A stretch of DNA of 64,000 bases from NCBI RefSeq assembly GCF_001194135.2, contig NC_068996.1:50017505-50081504 (forward strand). Direction: 5' to 3'. Source of the DNA: Octopus bimaculoides (Eukaryota). A program made the position numbers and the translations under genes. Numbering within the stretch: the first letter of the stretch is position 1; each line of letters starts with the position of its first letter. Below, in pieces: positions 62,323 to 64,000 of the stretch. A model generated the notes under the pieces. The model searched no databases and was not told the DNA's origin. It saw only the letters and a list, made by a program, of their open reading frames with translations.

Positions 62323-63041
62323 CTTTCCACTTTTTGGTTTTTCATTTGACTTTGGTGCTTTAACTTTAACATAGTCCGTGAATTCCATTGTTGCCAAATG
62401 TACAAGTCTTCGCAGCCTATTGATGATAGTGTAAGATTCATATAATTTATCTTTAGAATCGGGAGATGTCTTTGACCAATCATATTCAAGTCTTATTGGT
62501 TCATCTTTGCCAAAAATTAGAAAAAGCTGAGCAACTGTCAAATTCTCGGCTTCTTTCATTGTCCACCCCTTTTTAGATTGTTCAAGAAGCTTTATTTTTA
62601 TTTTTTCTAAATCTTCAGAAGTACGAATGTCTGTTGTATTAGGGGCTACAGATGAACTGTTTGATGTGACTGTTGTGGTGTGTGATGTGTTGCAAGATGT
62701 TACTGCAGACTTATTTTCATCATTTTTTTCAGACACTTGTGGAGACATTTCTAGTGTTTTGTTCTCTGCAGAATTCAACACAGGTTGACTAGAATTTTCA
62801 GAAACGTTGCTGCTGTGTGACATCATAGTATCGGGAAACATTGCATTGTCAGAACTCACATCAGCAAAATCTGTTGTTCCTGAAACTGTTACTGGACCAT
62901 CGGATTCTTTTATGAAAGAACCTGAAAGAATTCCATCATCTTTGGCATTTTCAGAGGATAATTTTGGTGACTGTACAAAAGCAGCATCGCAGGAATTTTC
63001 ATTATTTGTAGATACTATTGGCATTTTCCTGGTTTTATGTG
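62323..63041 (-). CDS. CRAMP1: CRAMP1/cramped homologue, large internal exon (most 5' exon in the window)
   Basis: tttttgcAG acceptor, AAG|gtagaa donor; 719 nt open; contains KKGWTMKEAENLTVAQLFLIFGKDEPIRLEYDW and INRLRRLVHLATMEF, resembling the conserved Cramped GW...LYLMFG...LEYDW block. Confidence 0.92.
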
Positions 63042-64000
63042 CTGCAAAAAATAAATAAATAAATAAAATAAAATTGATAAAATAAAGTAAGCAATTTTTT
63101 AAATATAAATCTTAGGAAAGTAATAAATAGTTCCTAAAGTAATATAATTCTTCTACTCTTAATTATGTTGCTTGTTTCAGTCACTAGACTACATCCGTAG
63201 CAAAGTACTGCCTCAGCCTTTAAGAGTCTTAGGTGATTATCATAAAAACTTCATGTATTAAACAATTTCTTTTATCACCAGAAGAGCTCAAGACTCAAAG
63301 CTACGATATTAGACACTTGGCCAAAGTAACATGAAGTGGTTTCAAACATGGAATCACACAATCATAAAGTGAAATTCTTAACTGCATGAGGTGTCATAGT
63401 ATCAAAATTACAACTTTTGAAACATCATCATCATCATTTAACGTCCGCTTTCCATGCTAGCAAGGGTTGGACAATTTGACTGAAGACTGGTGAGCCAGAT
63501 GGCTACACCAGGCTCCAATCTGATTTGGCAGAGTTTCTACAGCTGGACGCCCTTCCTAACGCCAACCATTCCGAGTGTAGTGGGTGCTTTACGTGCCACC
63601 GGCATGAAGGCCAGTCAGGCGGTACTGGCAATGGCCACGCTCAAAATGGTGTTTTTTACGTGCCTACAAATGCCACTCTGAGTCATAAATAAGAAACAGA
63701 CCAGCTGACATTTGATTTAGATTTTATTTCAAGTTCTTTTATAAATAAATTTATAATAAAAAGTTAAGAGTTGTCATGTTTTGGAATTAACGCCAGTGTA
63801 TTTTAACAACAGTAATTCCTTTTAACTATTTTAGCCTCTTTTTTGCTTGGTAAGTAAAATCAAAGTGAAAGATTTCAGAATGTTGAAGGAATTAAATTGA
63901 CTGAAGATGTTAATCATTATTGAGTAAATCTCTGATTAAAAGAGTTCCAGCCATTACCGTCTCTTCATTTTTGACAGACAGTGCATAGCCAAGACATTTC

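Overview
AT-rich, repeat-dense animal genomic DNA with four large and three 10-base assembly gaps. The repeat families look like those of an octopod cephalopod; this is inferred from recall, not verified by search. Two spliced genes converge tail-to-tail. (1) On +, CCS (copper chaperone for SOD1): six coding exons at 4396-19857 join in frame with GT-AG introns into 245 aa, carrying MxCxxC, a SOD-like domain and the CxC tail. The start exon was not located. (2) On -, the 3' part of a CRAMP1/cramped homologue: eight exons at 63041-37206 join in frame into about 709 aa, and the 5' part lies beyond the window. Introns and the intergenic region are filled with several tRNA-type SINE families, RTE, CR1 and Penelope-like fragments, Tc1/mariner/maT relics, MITEs, a probable solo LTR and micro/minisatellites. 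The most notable observations are: a CCS domain II that has lost the Zn-ligand set yet has His at the human D200 position; a PTS1-like C-terminus (AKI); and three structurally different hammerhead-ribozyme-like motifs in small non-autonomous elements, one in the loop of a 340-bp foldback element. All alignments and folds were done by eye, so family names and ribozyme activity remain to be tested.
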